Shown: positions 31,012 to 32,000 of the stretch, piece by piece
Layout: the number at the start of each line of letters is the position of its first letter
Numbering within the stretch: position 1 is the first letter of the stretch
DNA from: Candidatus Saccharimonadota bacterium
GTDB taxonomy: Bacteria > Pseudomonadota > Gammaproteobacteria > Enterobacterales > Enterobacteriaceae
NCBI GenBank assembly: GCA_049942765.1
Contig: CP188086.1
Location: forward strand, 450,001 to 482,000
Direction: 5' to 3'
DNA length: 32,000 nt
Position numbers and translations under genes: made by a program
Notes under the pieces: generated by a model
The model's input: the letters and a program-made list of their open reading frames with translations, nothing else
The model's database searches: none
Told to the model about the DNA's origin: nothing

Positions 31012-32000
31012 TTGAAAAAATTAGGAATATTAGTTTTATCCAATGGTCATACTTTTAAAGGTTATTCTATCGGAGCTAGTGGAACATCTGTCGGTGAAGT
31101 CGTATTTAATACTTCCATGACTGGATATCAAGAAATACTAACAGATCCTTCCTATACTGGACAAATTATAACATTTACTAGCCCCAACATCGGTAATGTT
31201 GGAGTTAATCCTGAAGACGAAGAATCTGAAAAAATACATGCAAAGGGAGTTATAATTCGAAACCTTTCTCTAATAGCTAGTAATTATAAAAGCCATTACA
31301 ATCTTTATAACTATTTAAAAAAAAATAATATCATTGCAATTTCTAATGTTGACACAAGAAAATTAACTCATATCCTTCGAAATACTGGATCACAAAATGG
31401 ATGTATTACAACAGAACATCAATCTTCTCATAATACTCTAGAAATAGCTAAAAATTTTATGGGATTAAAACATATTGATTTAGTTAAACAAGTTAGTACA
31501 AAAATTTCATATAATATAATTAATAAACATGATCATGTTAAAAAATCCTTGTTAAATATCCCTTTTCATATTAAAAAAAAATATTTTCATGTAGTAGTTT
31601 ATGACTTTGGAGTAAAAAAAAGCATATTAAATATGTTACTAGATAGACATTGCTATCTTACTGTAGTACCAGCAACAACTACATCAGAAACAATATTAAA
31701 ATTATTACCTGATGGAATATTTTTTTCTAACGGTCCAGGTGATCCAAGACCATGTACATATGTTATTAAAACCATTCAACATTTTTTAACTACTAAAATA
31801 CCTATGTTCGGAATTTGTTTAGGTCATCAATTACTAGCTTTAGCAAGTGGAGCTAAAATAATAAAAATGAAATTTGGTCATCATGGAGGAAACCACCCTG
31901 TAAAAGAAATAAATAGTAAAAAAGTAATAATAACAACTCAAAATCATGGTTTTACTGTAGATAAGCATCACTTACCTTCTGAAATCAACATCACACATGT
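31012..32000 (+). CDS. carA: Carbamoyl-phosphate synthase small (glutaminase) subunit, N-terminal ~329 codons; TTG start; continues beyond the window
   Basis: Absent from the ORF track (no stop in window). Hand translation (L/M)KKLGILVLSNGHTFKGYSIGASGTSVGEVVFNTSMTGYQEILTDPSYTGQIITFT...ISNVDTRKLT..LR..GSQNGCI...FFSNGPGDP...PMFGICLGHQLLALASGAKIIKMKFGHHGGNHPVKE is colinear with E. coli CarA. GGAG at 31002-31005, 6 nt before TTG 31012-31014. No in-frame ATG until the conserved NTSMTG block. Confidence 0.93.
   Translation, partial: MKKLGILVLSNGHTFKGYSIGASGTSVGEVVFNTSMTGYQEILTDPSYTGQIITFTSPNIGNVGVNPEDEESEKIHAKGVIIRNLSLIASNYKSHYNLYNYLKKNNIIAISNVDTRKLTHILRNTGSQNGCITTEHQSSHNTLEIAKNFMGLKHIDLVKQVSTKISYNIINKHDHVKKSLLNIPFHIKKKYFHVVVYDFGVKKSILNMLLDRHCYLTVVPATTTSETILKLLPDGIFFSNGPGDPRPCTYVIKTIQHFLTTKIPMFGICLGHQLLALASGAKIIKMKFGHHGGNHPVKEINSKKVIITTQNHGFTVDKHHLPSEINITH

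Noticed and set aside
1-32000. Search for CRISPR arrays, IS elements or transposases, integrases, phage genes, toxin-antitoxin or defence systems, tRNA or rRNA genes
   Set aside because: I saw no spaced direct repeats, no terminal inverted repeats flanking ORFs, no unexplained ORFs of 60 aa or more, and no GC-rich islands of tRNA size in any spacer. Every long ORF is accounted for by a conserved housekeeping gene. I therefore find no basis for claiming a novel system in this window.

Overview
This window is an extremely AT-rich, gene-dense segment of a reduced gammaproteobacterial (Enterobacterales-derived) insect-endosymbiont chromosome. I see no mobile elements. The gene order is prfA(-), prs(+), folC(-), alx/ygjT(-), nuoN to nuoA(-), dnaK-dnaJ(+), rpsT(-), ribF-ileS-lspA(+), dapB(+), carA(+). 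From memory this matches Buchnera aphidicola; the strain cannot be determined from the sequence alone.

I can support 25 protein-coding genes. Two run off the window ends and are missing from the ORF track: prfA at the 5' edge and carA at the 3' edge. The products are all conserved housekeeping functions: the complete 13-gene NADH:quinone oxidoreductase operon with fused nuoCD, the DnaK/DnaJ chaperones, and translation, nucleotide, cofactor and lysine-pathway enzymes. I found no tRNA, rRNA, CRISPR, IS or phage features.

I did not find a convincing novel multi-gene system, and I do not want to manufacture one. The points worth a second look are signatures of ongoing genome erosion and a few conserved regulatory islands:
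- Three long ORF-free spacers. Two of them sit where E. coli synteny places the MEP-pathway genes ispE and ispH.
- An intact-looking lspA whose first catalytic Asp codon reads Asn.
- A ribF whose N-terminal FMN-adenylyltransferase motifs are intact but whose C-terminal riboflavin-kinase motifs are gone.
- A sigma-32 heat-shock promoter upstream of dnaK with E. coli-like boxes and spacing.
- A GC-rich hairpin in the dnaK-dnaJ spacer.
- TTG starts with good Shine-Dalgarno sequences at rpsT and carA.
- Several in-frame A9-A10 homopolymer tracts in coding sequence.
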